Assembly (NCBI RefSeq): GCF_963676685.1
Contig: NC_092345.1
Span: 105,214,001-105,278,000, forward strand
Direction of reading: 5' to 3'
DNA from: Mytilus edulis
Taxonomy: Eukaryota
Length of the DNA stretch: 64,000 nt
Part shown: positions 11,954 to 25,340 of the stretch, in pieces
Numbering within the stretch: the stretch's first letter is position 1
Layout of the letters: every line of letters starts with the position of its first letter
The notes under the pieces: model-generated
What the model saw: the letters and a program-made list of their open reading frames with translations, nothing else
Databases searched by the model: none
Told to the model about the DNA's origin: nothing
Translations under genes and position numbers: made by a program

Positions 11954-13063
11954 TTAACAACCTGTGATGTTCACTTTATACAGATTTGCATTTTCAGAAC
12001 TATCTTCTAGTGTGCTGCATCCTATGAATAGAACCGTAAATTGTCCTACCGAGGCAATGGCTAGAGAATACGGCAGTGATACTCCAATATCAGTGGTCGT
12101 ATAGGTGGTCAATATGTGACCAGTATTGTTCAGTATATGTAATGTATGATTTTGACAGTCGGATACTATAACATTGTCTAATGGCGTGGTTACAACTGAT
12201 GTTGGTCTGAATGGACAGTGTTTAATGATGGGATTGTAAACACGAATCACATCTACCTTCCCTAGCACCACCACTCGGCGTAAATCCGCAATAAATATAT
12301 TCTCATTACTTGTACTGTTAATAGACATTGGCCATTCAAATAAAGGTTTTTGGTTTTTATCGTTTTCATGCCATGTCAGACGGCTACCGTCTGTATCCAT
12401 GACACCGATAATTTCTCTGTGTTCAGGATCTTTTTTATTTGCAGCTATTATCACTTTTCCATTCTTTGTCACGTGTACACATGAAATTAAGAATGAATCT
12501 GCATGTAGCTCATACGTAGATTCTGACACTTTATTAACGGAAGTAATGATTTGCTTCAGCTTTGTTTCTCGTGTAGCCATCAGCAGGTCATTGGTATGGG
12601 TTATAGCTATGTCCCACACATCAATGTTAAACGTAGATAGAACCTTCAGTTTTTGTTCTTCGACTTTTACCTTTTGAAGGGCAGTTGGTTTAGAGAATGG
12701 ATGGAATCCTTCCAGTTCATTTCCATCACCAATCCAAATCGAATCATCTAATGATATTGCTAAAATTGTGATATTCTCTAATGTTGTCGGGAACTTTTTT
12801 ATATTAGTTATTTTTACTTCTAATCTTGGTGTCATCACTTCTACGTCTTCTTCCGCGTTAAAAGCATCATACTCTTCTTTCCCATCTAACTGAAGTTCCT
12901 TTATATCAATAACTCTATGCTCATTGGCGGCCTTGAATTTAGGATGTACCCTGTCTTTACACTTTATGCACATCAATAACTTACAATCTAAACATTTCCA
13001 TTTGACTTTTGGATCTACTTCACATAACGCACATACCATTGCACATTGTTCTTGTGAAGTCAT
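11954..13063 (-). CDS. TRIM-like protein: N-terminal B-box zinc finger + C-terminal NHL-like beta-propeller, single coding exon
   Basis: CALC..WKCLDC..MC..C..VH..H B-box pattern; propeller motifs WPMSINSTSNENIFIAD, FRPTSVVTTPLDNVIVSDCQNHTLHILNNTG, PYSLA..LFIGC, typical of the expanded bivalve TRIM2/3/71-like family. Confidence 0.85.
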   Translation of the reverse strand: MTSQEQCAMVCALCEVDPKVKWKCLDCKLLMCIKCKDRVHPKFKAANEHRVIDIKELQLDGKEEYDAFNAEEDVEVMTPRLEVKITNIKKFPTTLENITILAISLDDSIWIGDGNELEGFHPFSKPTALQKVKVEEQKLKVLSTFNIDVWDIAITHTNDLLMATRETKLKQIITSVNKVSESTYELHADSFLISCVHVTKNGKVIIAANKKDPEHREIIGVMDTDGSRLTWHENDKNQKPLFEWPMSINSTSNENIFIADLRRVVVLGKVDVIRVYNPIIKHCPFRPTSVVTTPLDNVIVSDCQNHTLHILNNTGHILTTYTTTDIGVSLPYSLAIASVGQFTVLFIGCSTLEDSSENANLYKVNITGC

Positions 13064-13749
13064 ATTTTGTGGTAACGTTGCTTTTTAACTGTAAGTATGG
13101 AATTATTATAGTTGAAGTTTATCAAAAGCTATTTCGTGGATCGCAAAATAGTTCTATTATTTGACTTCTCATTGGGACCAGGAAGTATTTATATTGTCGT
13201 CAGGATGAACAACAGCCAAACGTGAAATTTATAGTGTGAAAGCATTGTTTTGGACCAGAGATTTCAATGTTTTAACTTTTAATTTCAGACTTTGTATAGA
13301 TATATCAGATTTATATCGAACTTGAATATGAACAATACAACTTTAGGGAATTCGATCAGGTTTAGCTTAAATGTCTACGTAAGCGAAAAAAACACGGCGG
13401 CATATGGAGAACCGACCGCAATTTAACAGGCAATCATTTTTTTCAAAATTTAATGTCGACGAAACCTAACGAAAAAATATTGTGTAAACTATGAACTTTT
13501 ATTATAGTTGTTGTGAGTAATCGATACACCGCGAGAGCTTAGCTCTAATTGGTATTTCTAATTTACACCAATAAATTATTGTCAATGCAGATATGATAGT
13601 TGAAGTGAAGTGAGGAAAAGGGATGGGGGTAGGGGTATTTTTGGTCCTATCTTATTGAAAAGCATAATAAATGCGCTCCTGCATTGTAATCCAGTTCATT
13701 TAACGACATCTTTCTGTAAATAATTGTTTCAAACAGGAACTGTGTTCTA

Positions 13750-13930
13750 TAAAAAGTAAAATCACAAAAAATACTGAACTCGGAGGAAAATTCAAAACGA
13801 AAAGTCCCCAATCAAATGGCAAAATCAAAAGCTGAAACACATCAAACGAACGGATAACAACTGTCATACTCCTGATGCACAGGCATCCCCTTATGTAGAA
13901 AATGGTGGATTGATCTTGGTTTTATAGCTA
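13750..13930 (+). repeat. Second interspersed repeat family
   Basis: AAAAGTAAAATCACAAAAATACTGAACTC..GAGGAAAATTCAA; related pieces at ~6125..6200, 6495..6540 and 9590..9770. Confidence 0.7.
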
Positions 13931-15331
13931 TGCATATCTTTACTTTTGTTACCTATTCAGTGACTTTACTGGTTAATAATGACATTGGTCGAAGACGAGA
14001 TATTGAACCCAATAGATGACGTGTTCTGTTGTATGTGTGTTTTTGGGGTACAATGTAGCTATCTCATTGACGTATACCCTATAGCTCATGTTATTCATAC
14101 GTATGTGTCCTTCAATACAAAATAAACACATGTAACATTGATAAAATTATCATTTTAATAAAAAAAAAAAAAAAGAAAAAAACAGCATGACCTCATTGTT
14201 CTTTCTGCATACAGATAAGCTGCATTAAAATTTGCAGTACCAACTTCCCACAAGGGAAAGGCGGCAAACATAGCATAAATGTTTCATCCTCGTCAGTCAT
14301 GACTTCTATTCTGTGTTCACAGAAGACGGAAATTAAACTCAGGCTGATCTTTGCTTGAGAAGATGTGTATATCCATAAGGCGAACAATTGCAAGATATTA
14401 GTCAATGTTGACTTGTGTCGATGAACTCCTCAGCTAGGTTTAATGAATATTTCTAGTTGTACAAAGAAAACGTCTCAAGTCAATAATAAATCACCAATTT
14501 AGAGCTTAATTTGGTACAATTGAACTAAAAACGAGAGACAGTAAATTTTAGGGTGTTGCAAAAAAATAAAATCTATATCCTATTTTAGTCTTACTTTATT
14601 GCATAAACACTTTAATCGTGACCAAACAAACGCAAAATAGGCTGATGTAATTTTTAAACAAGATGCTTTATTTTATATTCACACGCGAGTTACTAAAACA
14701 AACGCACATTTATTATGGTTTTACTGTACAAACCGTGGTTCTGGTGTATATCTTCACATTAATGCGTACTTTAAAAAAAATCGACTTATGACATTGTAGA
14801 ATTTTGTCTTTCGTAATTTTAATCCGTCGCTTAATATAACGTTATGGAAGCTGTCTTCACCAAAACATTACCTGATAAAATTTTCAAAACAAACTTAAAC
14901 ATCCTGCCCTTCCTTTTTATTGTTTGCAAACAACAATTATTTAATGGAGAAGCTTGCTACATGTCTTCGATGAATTCGACAATGCTGGTATTTGGCGGAA
15001 CGATGTAATCCCACATTGACTTAATGGGAGGAAAGGTGTAATACAAATTGTCAAATAATTACATTTCGTTTACAAAAATTACAGTTATTTTGCTCTCATT
15101 GCCTTGTACATATTTAGGTTAACATTAATGAGAAAAATAAATAACAGTATCTAATTGAATTCAATTAAAACTGATATGTAAAAGGAAAAGTAAACGATTT
15201 GTGTTGGGGAGAAATAAATTTCAATCATTTCCAGTGATGTCTATAAGACCAGCTCCATAAGATGTAGGCTGGAGGAAGAATGTAACTCCCTTTGTTTACC
15301 CCCATCTTTTTATAGACTAAAGATTACAAGT

Positions 15332-15340
15332 TTATATAAA
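15332..15340 (+). promoter_or_regulatory. Candidate TATA box for the secreted coiled-coil gene
   Basis: TATATAAAA ~80 bp upstream of ATG 15413. Confidence 0.4.
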
Positions 15341-15412
15341 AGCATCGAATAGTCTAAAGCATGTTTTGTTTTTGAAATAACTCATGACGGGTCTAACGAT
15401 AAATTTTTAATA

Positions 15413-16246
15413 ATGTTATTACTTAAATGTGGATTATTTCTTGTCCTGTTCTTTGGAACAAATGCTGAAATGTGCAAGTATGAATTTGTTGTTCCTGACA
15501 ATAACTGCAAACACATTGGAACACCAGTTTCTGCTGAAGACGAACCTCATTCTATAATGCATATGCAGACGGGGATAGATACTACAAATGCACGACTCAA
15601 CACAATTACTGAAGTTTTCAGTGGTCAATTTACAAAACTAACTACTGATTCTAAGGACTTGAAAGAAGTGACAAAAGAAATGAAGTCAAAACTAGATTCT
15701 ACAAGAGAAAGTATAGCTAGATTGGAAGGGTTCATGGATGAGGTTAAAAGCTGGAAATCAAGTCTTTCTGAGGGAAGTTCTCCAACACTCGCGACTTTAC
15801 AATCGCAAATGTTGGATATTGCCGCCAAATTTCAATCACAGTCCTCCGTTCAAACTTCAATATACAGTTCATTACAACGACAGCTAGCAGAGACAGTAAC
15901 TTCTATTGGCAAACATGCACGCGACATTGACACTTTAAAAGATACAGTTAAAACAGTCGAGAGCTTGAAGACCAAAGTCGACACAATTTCTGAACAAAGT
16001 CGAGGATCTCCCGCTAATTTACAAAATATTGAAGGTAGACTTGGCAGTCTTGAAGAAAAGATAGACCTAAGTTTGCCTCGTGGTAATTCAGTGAATGAAA
16101 TGAAGGTAGCCATTAACTTAATTCAAAGACAATTTTTAGATGAAACTCGTACGTATCGCACTTATATCTTGAACTTGAATGGATCCTTAAATAAACTACA
16201 GTCGGAAATGGAAGTTTTGAAAGCAGGCATTAATACACAAAAGTAA
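15413..16246 (+). CDS. Secreted coiled-coil protein resembling the N-terminal half of angiopoietin-like/fibrinogen-related proteins
   Basis: Signal peptide MLLLKCGLFLVLFFGTNA, then a CKYEFVVP..C motif and ~200 aa of heptad-rich helix; TATA-like element ~80 bp upstream. The end (AAG TAA AC) could be a true stop or a GT donor. Confidence 0.8.
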   Translation: MLLLKCGLFLVLFFGTNAEMCKYEFVVPDNNCKHIGTPVSAEDEPHSIMHMQTGIDTTNARLNTITEVFSGQFTKLTTDSKDLKEVTKEMKSKLDSTRESIARLEGFMDEVKSWKSSLSEGSSPTLATLQSQMLDIAAKFQSQSSVQTSIYSSLQRQLAETVTSIGKHARDIDTLKDTVKTVESLKTKVDTISEQSRGSPANLQNIEGRLGSLEEKIDLSLPRGNSVNEMKVAINLIQRQFLDETRTYRTYILNLNGSLNKLQSEMEVLKAGINTQK

Positions 16247-16854
16247 ACTCACTAGCAGCAATAATACAGTTTAACATTATTTCTATGTTTTGGTTATTCA
16301 GTTTTAATAGTTTTTATTTGTGAACACTGATTAGACCTATAGTTGATGATAATATAATATTTTAATGGTAAGAACGGGTATGGAGATTTACTGAAAAGTT
16401 TTGTCTTTTTGTTTATAGGTAACGATTTAATGATACGAACATTTTTGTTTTTGTTAAAAGATGTAGAGAATTTGAAAGGGTTTATCAATGTACATGTATA
16501 ACTATTCAACCATCACAATAAATTAAATTGGAAGCAGTTTAACGTGATATAGTGTTGTCTATTTACAGCTCTCTGATTCAAGTAAAATAATAGTTTTATA
16601 CCTTGGGGAATCATATATATATATAAGCATTACCTTTCCACGGAAACGAGAAATTTAACAATCAATCGAAGCATAAAAGGGAAACTGTTAAGTCAAGAAT
16701 TTCTGCGTATTTTATTACTGCAATTCGGTTAAACATTCAATTCGGACAAACATAATAGGAGAAAAAATATTTCGATTTCAGGAAAATTGCATATCAAGTA
16801 CAGCTTATTATCATATTTTACTGGTGTTGTGCACAATCATGTTAATAAAAAAAG

Positions 16855-17682
16855 TCTCTGATGCATGATTTTTTATTATTAATTGGTTTTGGCTTTTAAC
16901 TAGCTGTCAGTAACTGCGAGTACTCTCAAATCGTATTTTCTTGTTAATTCGACCTGTTGATACTGTTTATAACGCTTTTTTGTCATTTTTTATTTATACG
17001 GATCTTGTCTGTACACCAGCTTTGATTATTTGTAAAATCTTCACTTATTCTTACAACATTTGTATAAACTTCAAGATTATAAAAAAACCGGTTTTTTTCT
17101 AAAGTGAACATTGATTGGTTAAATATTTCTCAGTCATGTCCTGTTTTTGAATTTGTTTGTTAGCTTTTTGGTCATGAATGTTTGTCTCTAATATTTAATT
17201 AACTGTGCATTTGTATTCAGATATCGCAGATCAAATTTATTCGTTCATTGTTTAATCATACGTTTTTTGATTGAGTTAAGTCTGCCAAATGATATTTTAT
17301 CGTATGTTTTTCTTTGTTGTGATGTTATGCTATTGTTTCAGAAAAAGGGAGAAGGTTTGGATCCATTAAAACGTTTAATCCCGCTGCAAATGTTTGCACC
17401 TGTCCTAAGTCAGGAATCTGATGTACAGTAGTTGTCGTTTGTTTATGTAATATATACGTGTTTCTCGTTTCTCGTTTTGTTTATATAGATTAGACCGTTG
17501 GTTTTCCCGTTTGAATGGTTTTACACTAGTAATTTTGGGGCCCTTTATAGCTTGTTGTTCGGTGTGAGCTAAGGCTCCGTGTTGAAGGCCGTACTTTAAC
17601 CTATAATGGTTTACTTTTTAAATTGTTATTTGTATGGAGAGTTGTCTCATTGGCACTCACACCACATCTTCCTATATCTATA
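16855..17682 (-). repeat. Abundant interspersed repeat family (long copy; class uncertain, possibly Helitron-derived)
   Basis: Core AAGATGTGGT..TGCCAATGAGACAAC..TATAGGTCACCGTACGGCCTTCAAC recurs at ~17950..18160(+), 28380..28785(+), 32935..33140(+), 57890..58235(-) and 59552..59755(+). Confidence 0.75.
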
Positions 17683-19071
17683 TATGTGCTTTTTAGCTCA
17701 CATGGCCATGTGAACTTTTGCCATCACTTGGTGTCCGTCGTCGTCTGTCGTCACTGTCGTACACTATTTCAAGAATTTTCTCTGAAACTACTCGACCAAT
17801 TACCTTCAACCTTAAACCGGATGTTCAAGTGTATCTAGTTTATAAATGGTATCCGAAGTAATGATCCATTAACAAACATTGCCGCCATGGCTTAGAATAG
17901 AACATAGGGGTCAAATTGGTTAATAACTTTACAACAATTGTTCATCCTAAAAAGATGAAGATATGATATGATATGTTTGTCAATGAGACAACTCTTCAGA
18001 AGAGACCAAATGACACAGAAATGAACAGTTATAGGTCACCGTACGGCCTTTAACATTGAGCAAAGTCCATACAGCATAGTCAGGATTCATGTACAAAAAA
18101 TGAACGAAACACAAATATGTAACACAGCAACAAACGAAAACCACTGAACAACAGACTAACATGATAATGAAGAAATAAACATTCAATCAGTTTAATTGAG
18201 GTCTGGAGCTGGCATGCCAGTAACTGCTATATATAGTAGTCTTTTGTTCATTTATGTATCATTGTCATTTTGCTTAGTTTCTTTTGTTACCTATTCTGAT
18301 ATCGGACTCGGCATTATGTTAACTGACTTATTCTGTGCGTATTACTATGTGTTTCTTTATATTTTATTGAGTTCTCACAAAACATGTTTAATGCCGGTCG
18401 CTGCATTTTTGCGCCAGTCCAAAGACAAGAGCATCTGGCCTTTGTTAGTCTTGTATGTTTTTTAATTTTAGTTACTTAGTAATTAGAATTGAGAATGGAA
18501 ATGGGGAATCCATTTTCACTGAACTAGTACACAATTGTATTGAGGGGCGAACTGAGGACAACCTCCGTGTGGGAATTTCTTGCTGCGTTAAAGACCCATT
18601 GGTGGCCTTCAGTTGTCGCTCTTTTGTCGGGTTGTTATCTCTTTGACATATTCTCCATTGCCATTCTCAACTTTAACATTTAAAAATCTTCTCCTCTGAA
18701 ACAATTGCGCCTAATACTTCTAAACCCTAAGAGAATGTTCTTTAGAGTAACTGATGATAAATTGTATCGGAAGTTTTGATCCATCAACAAACATGGTCGA
18801 TATGACTAAAAATAGACGATCGGGGTCAAATGCAGTTTTTGGCTTTCATCTCAAAACTATAGCTGTAAAAGCAAAAAGAGTTAGAGAGATGAATAAGTCA
18901 AAATCTATCTGATATTGACCACCTTCGTAGTCCTATTGTAGGGTTACTGTCCGAAAAAGTTTATTTTATTAAGTTTTACGGTTTTTTGGTTATTATCTGT
19001 AATAGATAGAGCGAAAGTGTAATTGGCAAGCAAGTCTATTTCTTTTTCAAAACATCTTCTTCTATAAAACT

Positions 19072-19402
19072 CGGTGCATTACGTTTGCGCGTATTACCAT
19101 TGCATTTGCGCGCAAAAATCATTACGTTTGCGCGCAGCTTTACATTACAATTGCGCGCATTTATTTGACAGGTAAACTTGGGTAAGCTCAGGCATTTTGA
19201 AATACTTATTCATTTATAAATTTATTCAATTATTTTTTAGTAGCAGTTCCCTTTCCGTTTTATATTATTTATATTTCATTATACATGTATACCCTTTTTT
19301 ACCTGAGTTTACCTGTAAGATAAATGCACGCAAATGTAATCAAAAGCTGCGCGAAAACGTAAAACATTTTAATCCCCAAGTGCGCGCAAACGAAGTGCGC
19401 CC
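19072..19402. mobile_element. Fold-back MITE with GCGCGCAAA repeats, nested in a HINE-like repeat
   Basis: ~110-bp imperfect inverted arms (gcgcgcatttatttgacaggtaaact / agtttacctgtaagataaatgcacgc). Confidence 0.7.
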
Positions 19403-22400
19403 AAAAAACTACTTGGCCAAATACTTCAAAACTGTAATTGAATATGCCTTAGGGTATACGTATCTAGTTTATAAGTGGTACCCGACAGTTATATGATCTA
19501 CCAATAAACAGGGCAGTCATGGCTAAAATAGAACATAGGGGACAAAAACAGAGTTTTTTTTTAGAAAGTCAAGATGGCGGCGTACTCCTTAGTTACGACA
19601 TGACATTGTGCATCTGATGGTACATATAGTAGCCATCAAAGTAATGATGTAAATTAATATTCGCGTATGTTTGGCTGAAGAATTATAAGGATTAAACACG
19701 TTAAATTCGGACTTTTATTCAGTTTGTGAGTTAACCGCCCCGGTTTACACATCAATAACCTCTAGAAAAAATGTGTTTAATCCTATAATAAATGCCGTGA
19801 GAATCCAATCCGATACGATTTTATAATTAACATCTATATAGAATATTCAATTTTACTGCTAGTAATCATGTGTTTTTGGAGGAATAATTGCTGCGTTATA
19901 TATTCAACCCGAGTATGATTTTATTCAAGCAGTGACATACAATAGTATAAAAAGTTTTCTTACTTTTTGATCGCTTTATAGATGTTCATTTTTGTAATGT
20001 GTGCATCGTTTCGTTTTGTTGAGAGCAGGACATTTATATTTAGTGGAGGCAGGAACACGCGAATGCAGTTCATGCCGTCCCTTGTGGCGACGTCAAATTA
20101 TGATAACGGACAAACTTGCAAGGCATTTTCATCAATCCGTATTTTTTATGAATAACCCTATAATATTACTGCTGTTTGGTGTACTAATTTCAACTTTTAA
20201 AGTACTTTTAATTGGTATACTAGTTGTTTTCAAAGCCGAAAAATAATCATGGCTTCACGAAATCAAATCTCTGGTTTTTTGGCCGTAAAATTTTGTGTAG
20301 GCATGAAAGTTTAACTCGGACATTTCCGAAAGACATTGCAAATCTCTTGTTTTGAATTGAATAGCTCAATTTATTTTTCAATTCGAATTTTGGGAGCTTA
20401 CACTTAGCACAAAACGATCGTGCTTACAATTTAATGAATTATCTGTCAAAATTTTATTTTTGAACTGAAATGTTTCAAGTTTCCAAATTAAATTTCCGAT
20501 GGAACATGGCCGTACATCATAACCTTTTTGAAAATATGTATGCAATTTTTAAAATGGAGACAGCCATGTTAACCAATACTGAAATATATCACGTCATATT
20601 ATGTTCATGCAAAATTTCGAAGAGTTGCGTGAACATTTCGCGAATTGTTCGAGTTTTATGTTTCGAGTTTGTTACATGGGACAACGCTAAGTAAACGTTT
20701 TTCGGATAATCTGTGTCTTCCTAAGCCTAATGAATATTATATTTTTATTCTTTCTCCATCAGAATGTGAAAATTTAAGAATCAATCTTTATTTTCATGTA
20801 TAACTTGACATATTTATTTTAGCATTTCTATAAAAAAAATTCCCGTCAAATATTTACTTAACGCTATTTTTCGTGGTACTAGCAATATCTAACGTTGCGT
20901 CTTGTCTCATTGGGATCACACCACATCTTCTTTCTATATTCACGGAAAGATACTAAATATCAGTGATACGCAAATCTGATACAAGTAAAAAAGACGAGAG
21001 ATACCAAAATAAAAACTCGCATGTCAAAACTTAGAAGTAAAAGAGACATGATATACCATAGAAATAAATAATTCAGAAAACGGTTCAGTGCCTTTAAGCT
21101 ATGATAACCACGTCACAATCTTTGTGTGCGTGTCCAAAGTCTGGAACCTGCATTTTGTGACAAAAATCGGACCTGCTAAATGAAAAATGAAGTCCTGAAT
21201 AAACCTGGATATATATAGTTAATTCAACAGTTGCATATAAAACATTTGCATTTTCATTTAAGAAGACATGGAAGAGTCAAAAGCAACTTGTGATAAAAAT
21301 ATTCATGGTAGTTAATTGTAGCGATTAGTGTAACAAGATATAGTAATAATCTAATTAAAAGATTAAAGTGAAATGTTTATTTAGACTAATGATCCAATTA
21401 TCACCTGATATCAATACAACGGGCACACTTTCATGTAATTAAACTGACATTCCAATCGACGAACACTCGTCTTTAAATTAAATATGGTTTATACGCAAAT
21501 TGAATAAGTTTGAATAATTTCAACGAGCCAATCTTCTTTTTTTTCTTTATGTCCAGGATTCATCATCAACAACGAAGGTATTTTGTATAATTCAAATATA
21601 TTCCTGTATAAAAATAAAGTCATTCGTTCTCTTCAAAAGACCTTTGTCTTAAATAAAAACAAATAGAGAAAAAAAAATGTTGTGCAAGTTTAAATACATC
21701 TACCCTTATGATTCATGCATGTCTTATTTCCCTGACAAGGTCCCAATTTTGTAACTCAACCATTATATTTTCGATAAAATTCTTTATCATTTCGATGATA
21801 TATTATACCTTTCCTATAACGTCCTATAACAAAATTCATATTTCAAGGAGATTGATTGAAAACAGTAAGAACTTCAATAAATCTGACCGCAGTCTTTTCA
21901 AGCAAATTTATGTTATCTAAATTTAATTTTCCTCTCAGGTCCGAGTTTTCACGCCCCAACGATATTTTCAATTTTTATTTTTTTTTATTTTATCATTAAA
22001 CCTATCTTTTAGTTTCACAAAATCTAAAATTGAAAGATAACCATTGAATATTAAAAAAGTTAATGGAGTTAGAATTAGTCCGACCATAGATTTTCAGGTC
22101 CCTTCAGGTCCAACTTTTGGCATCCAAAACTTGTTTTTGATTTAGAACATTTAAATTTTAATGAAATATGGATATTTACTAATAGTAAAATTCCATCCAA
22201 TAATAAAAAAGTTATTGCAATTTGAATAGTTTTAATCGTCTTTTCAGGTCTTTTCAGGTCCACTTTCAGGTCTTTAGTGTAACCCAGAAGAATTACCTCC
22301 CTTACAAGCACTTCCTAAAGAAAAAAAACAACATACGGTTATGTAAAAAAGTAAATGTTATCCTTGATAACAACTATTTCTATGGGTAAACATGTTAATT

Positions 22401-22872
22401 CTGTAGTATGTTGTTGTAAAATGAAAGATTCGATGTATCGGTAGTAAATCCGAAATGTTGTACTAAATGTCACCGACATTAAAACGTAAAACAAATAGCA
22501 GTCAGGTCAACAGGTCAATAACGCATTTATATTAAATCAATATTTCATTATTTAAAAGACTACATATAAATGAAAAAAATATTTGACTTTTAAGCAAAAT
22601 GTTCAGCTTTATCAAAGTATGACACGAAACTCCCTACTTTACTATGTGTCCAGCAATTAATGTCGTGTGTTAATACCTCAGAAATAATGGTACATCATGA
22701 TCATAAAATTGAGAATGAAAATGGAGAATGTGTCAAAGAAACAACAACCCGACCATAGAACAGACAACAGCAGAAGGTCACCAACAGGTCTTCAATGCAG
22801 CAAGAAATCATGCACCTGGAGGCTTCCTTCAGTTGGCCCCTAAACAAATTTATATACTAGTTCAGTGATAAT

Positions 22873-24084
22873 AGTAAAGGCTTTTGACATAGTACCCCAT
22901 AAGAGACTGCTATCAAAAATGGGCAACTATGGAATCCGAGGGCCAATAAATAACTGGTTAAATATGTTTTTGACAAACAGGAAAATGAAAGTGGTAGTGG
23001 AAGGAGAACAATCAGAAGAAGTAACGGTAGACTGTGGAGTCCCACAAGGCACAGTTTTAGGACCATTGGCAATTTGCTAATCCTTTGCCATATAAACGAC
23101 CTTCCAGACGCTGTCAAATCTTCAGTCAGACTTTTCGCTGATGACTGCCTTCTTTACAGAACAGTGAAATCTCAGAAAGACCACGACATACTTCAAGAAG
23201 ACCTCAATCACCTAGAAGTATGGGCTGATAACTGGGGAATGCGGTTCAATGCCAAAAAATGCTACATCCTAAGCATCAAAAACAAGAGCCATAAATTCTA
23301 CAGTTTAAATGGACACATTTTACAACAAGTCCAGCATAGCCCTTACCTAGGCCTACAAATTTCAGAAGACCACAAATGGACCACATATCAAACGTGGCAA
23401 AGAAAGCAAACTCAACACTAGGCTTTCTAAGAATAAATGTGAAATACTATCCACAAGATTGTAAAAAAACAGCTTACATCTCGCTTGTCAGATCAACGAT
23501 GGAATATGGAGCCATAGTATGAGACCCCTACACCGTCACCAACATAAATAAGCTTGAACAGATACAACGCCAAGTGGCAAAATTCATCACTAGAGACTAC
23601 AAGTCAAGAGAGGACAAATGTGTCTCAAAAATGCTTGCCCAACTGGAACTACAAGACCTCCAGACAAGACGAACAAGCCAGAAGTTAATATTTATGTTCA
23701 AAGTGGTTGAGGGGCTGATTCCAGCTATCATTTGGCTATTCAACCAGACGAATTTCTCAAAAAAGCACATCCTAAGAGAAACATAACTGCCAAGAAATTT
23801 GAAGGATACCAAGCAACCAATATCTGAATATTGTGGAAAAACAAGTAAAGAACAACTCTTAAGTGTTTTGACATTCCACCAAGAAAAACACCACAATACT
23901 CAAATTCATTTTTTGTAAAGACAGTGATCGCATGGAACCAGCTTGGCAACACTGTAGTGCGTGCATCAAGCGTAGAGAGCTTTGAATCTGCTCTCACGTC
24001 CCGTCAATAAATCAGCGGCCCTCTCTCATACTGTTGTATCAAAGCCAGTATTGGTATCGACAACGTACTCATACAGATACAAAC
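22873..24084 (+). mobile_element. Truncated, frameshifted CR1/L2-type LINE reverse-transcriptase fragment nested in another repeat
   Basis: KAFDIVPH, GVPQGTVLGP, FADD, WGMRFNAKKC, YLG motifs split across three ORFs; GATACA-like tail. Confidence 0.9.
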
Positions 24085-25340
24085 TGAATGCCATACTAAA
24101 CTCCAAATTGTACACAAGAAACTAAAATTAAAAATAATACAAGGTTATGAATGATCATGACAGTTTTCTAACACACATTTAGTTTCAATAGATCTTATTT
24201 GGCTCAGCCGGTTAGAGTGCTGCCTTTGGGTTGTTCAATCCTGCTGGTACCATCAAATTTTTTCACAATAACTGAGTTTTTCATCAAAATTGTAATTGTC
24301 AATGTCAGACTCAAAGGTTGAAAAATCTGAAAACCAAAAATTACAAAATAGTGTGGCAAATAGGCCTAAGGCCATGAACTGATTTTCAGGGCCTCTCTTC
24401 CATTTCTATTGATGCTGTATACTGGACCTGCAATGCACCTATTCAGGTTCGGGTTGGGTAAGAAAAACCTTAGTCTGTTGAAGTATTCTGTGACTGTCAA
24501 AATGACTGTAATTTCCATTGACTGCAGTATCAATGATATTTCGTGTGAATACGCATGAGATGGGAATGTTGACTACTGGACTGGTGATGCTCAGTAATGA
24601 AATATCTACCTGTAACCAGCTGACCCATGATAAACTGAGTAACTTGACTTATGTCTGCCTTTTGAACATTTCAATGTCTAAGTGGTGAGACAATGGAGTT
24701 TGCCAAGCAAACTTATTTTCCAGTATCCTTTTCACCATCTAAACTGAATAGATTTAAATGAAGGTATTGAATTTTCCTGGTGAACATGGTGAAGGTCTTT
24801 GGTTCACTCCAGGCACTTTGTCCTCCTCTACCAATAAAACTCAGCCCCCAATGAAATAGCGAAAAGTACTGAAAGTGCTTAATACCAAATAATTAATAGT
24901 AAAAATTTATGCCCTCCCCAGAATATTTCCTGTGTCACAATCCTTATGTCAATTACCTCATAGTAAACACTGATTGTTCCATGAAATCTATTTTACTATT
25001 GACATCAGGCCTACCAGTGTAATTCATTCATAAAATACTTCTAGAGATATTGGTCATGTTGGTTAAGTGTCAATCAATCTATGATATATAATTATCTTAT
25101 TACAAGGCACCATAATATATATCTAAATACATGACATAATACTATATTTTGTTTGATGACTCAAACATGTCAAAATAAGATATGACAAACAATAGTTTCT
25201 TAGCAAAGATACATCAAAATTAACATGTATTAAGGAGAATTATTTGTATTAAAACAAAACATGACAATGCACCTCCACGTATAAATGATGTGTTTATATA
25301 TATAATTATATGCTTTTGCAATAACTACATGTGCATGTAG

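Noticed and set aside
19570-19625. AAGATGGCGGC (YY1-like) as the GPR155 promoter or first exon
   Set aside because: Plausible but sits beside TE fragments 7.5 kb upstream; cannot be assigned without TSS data.
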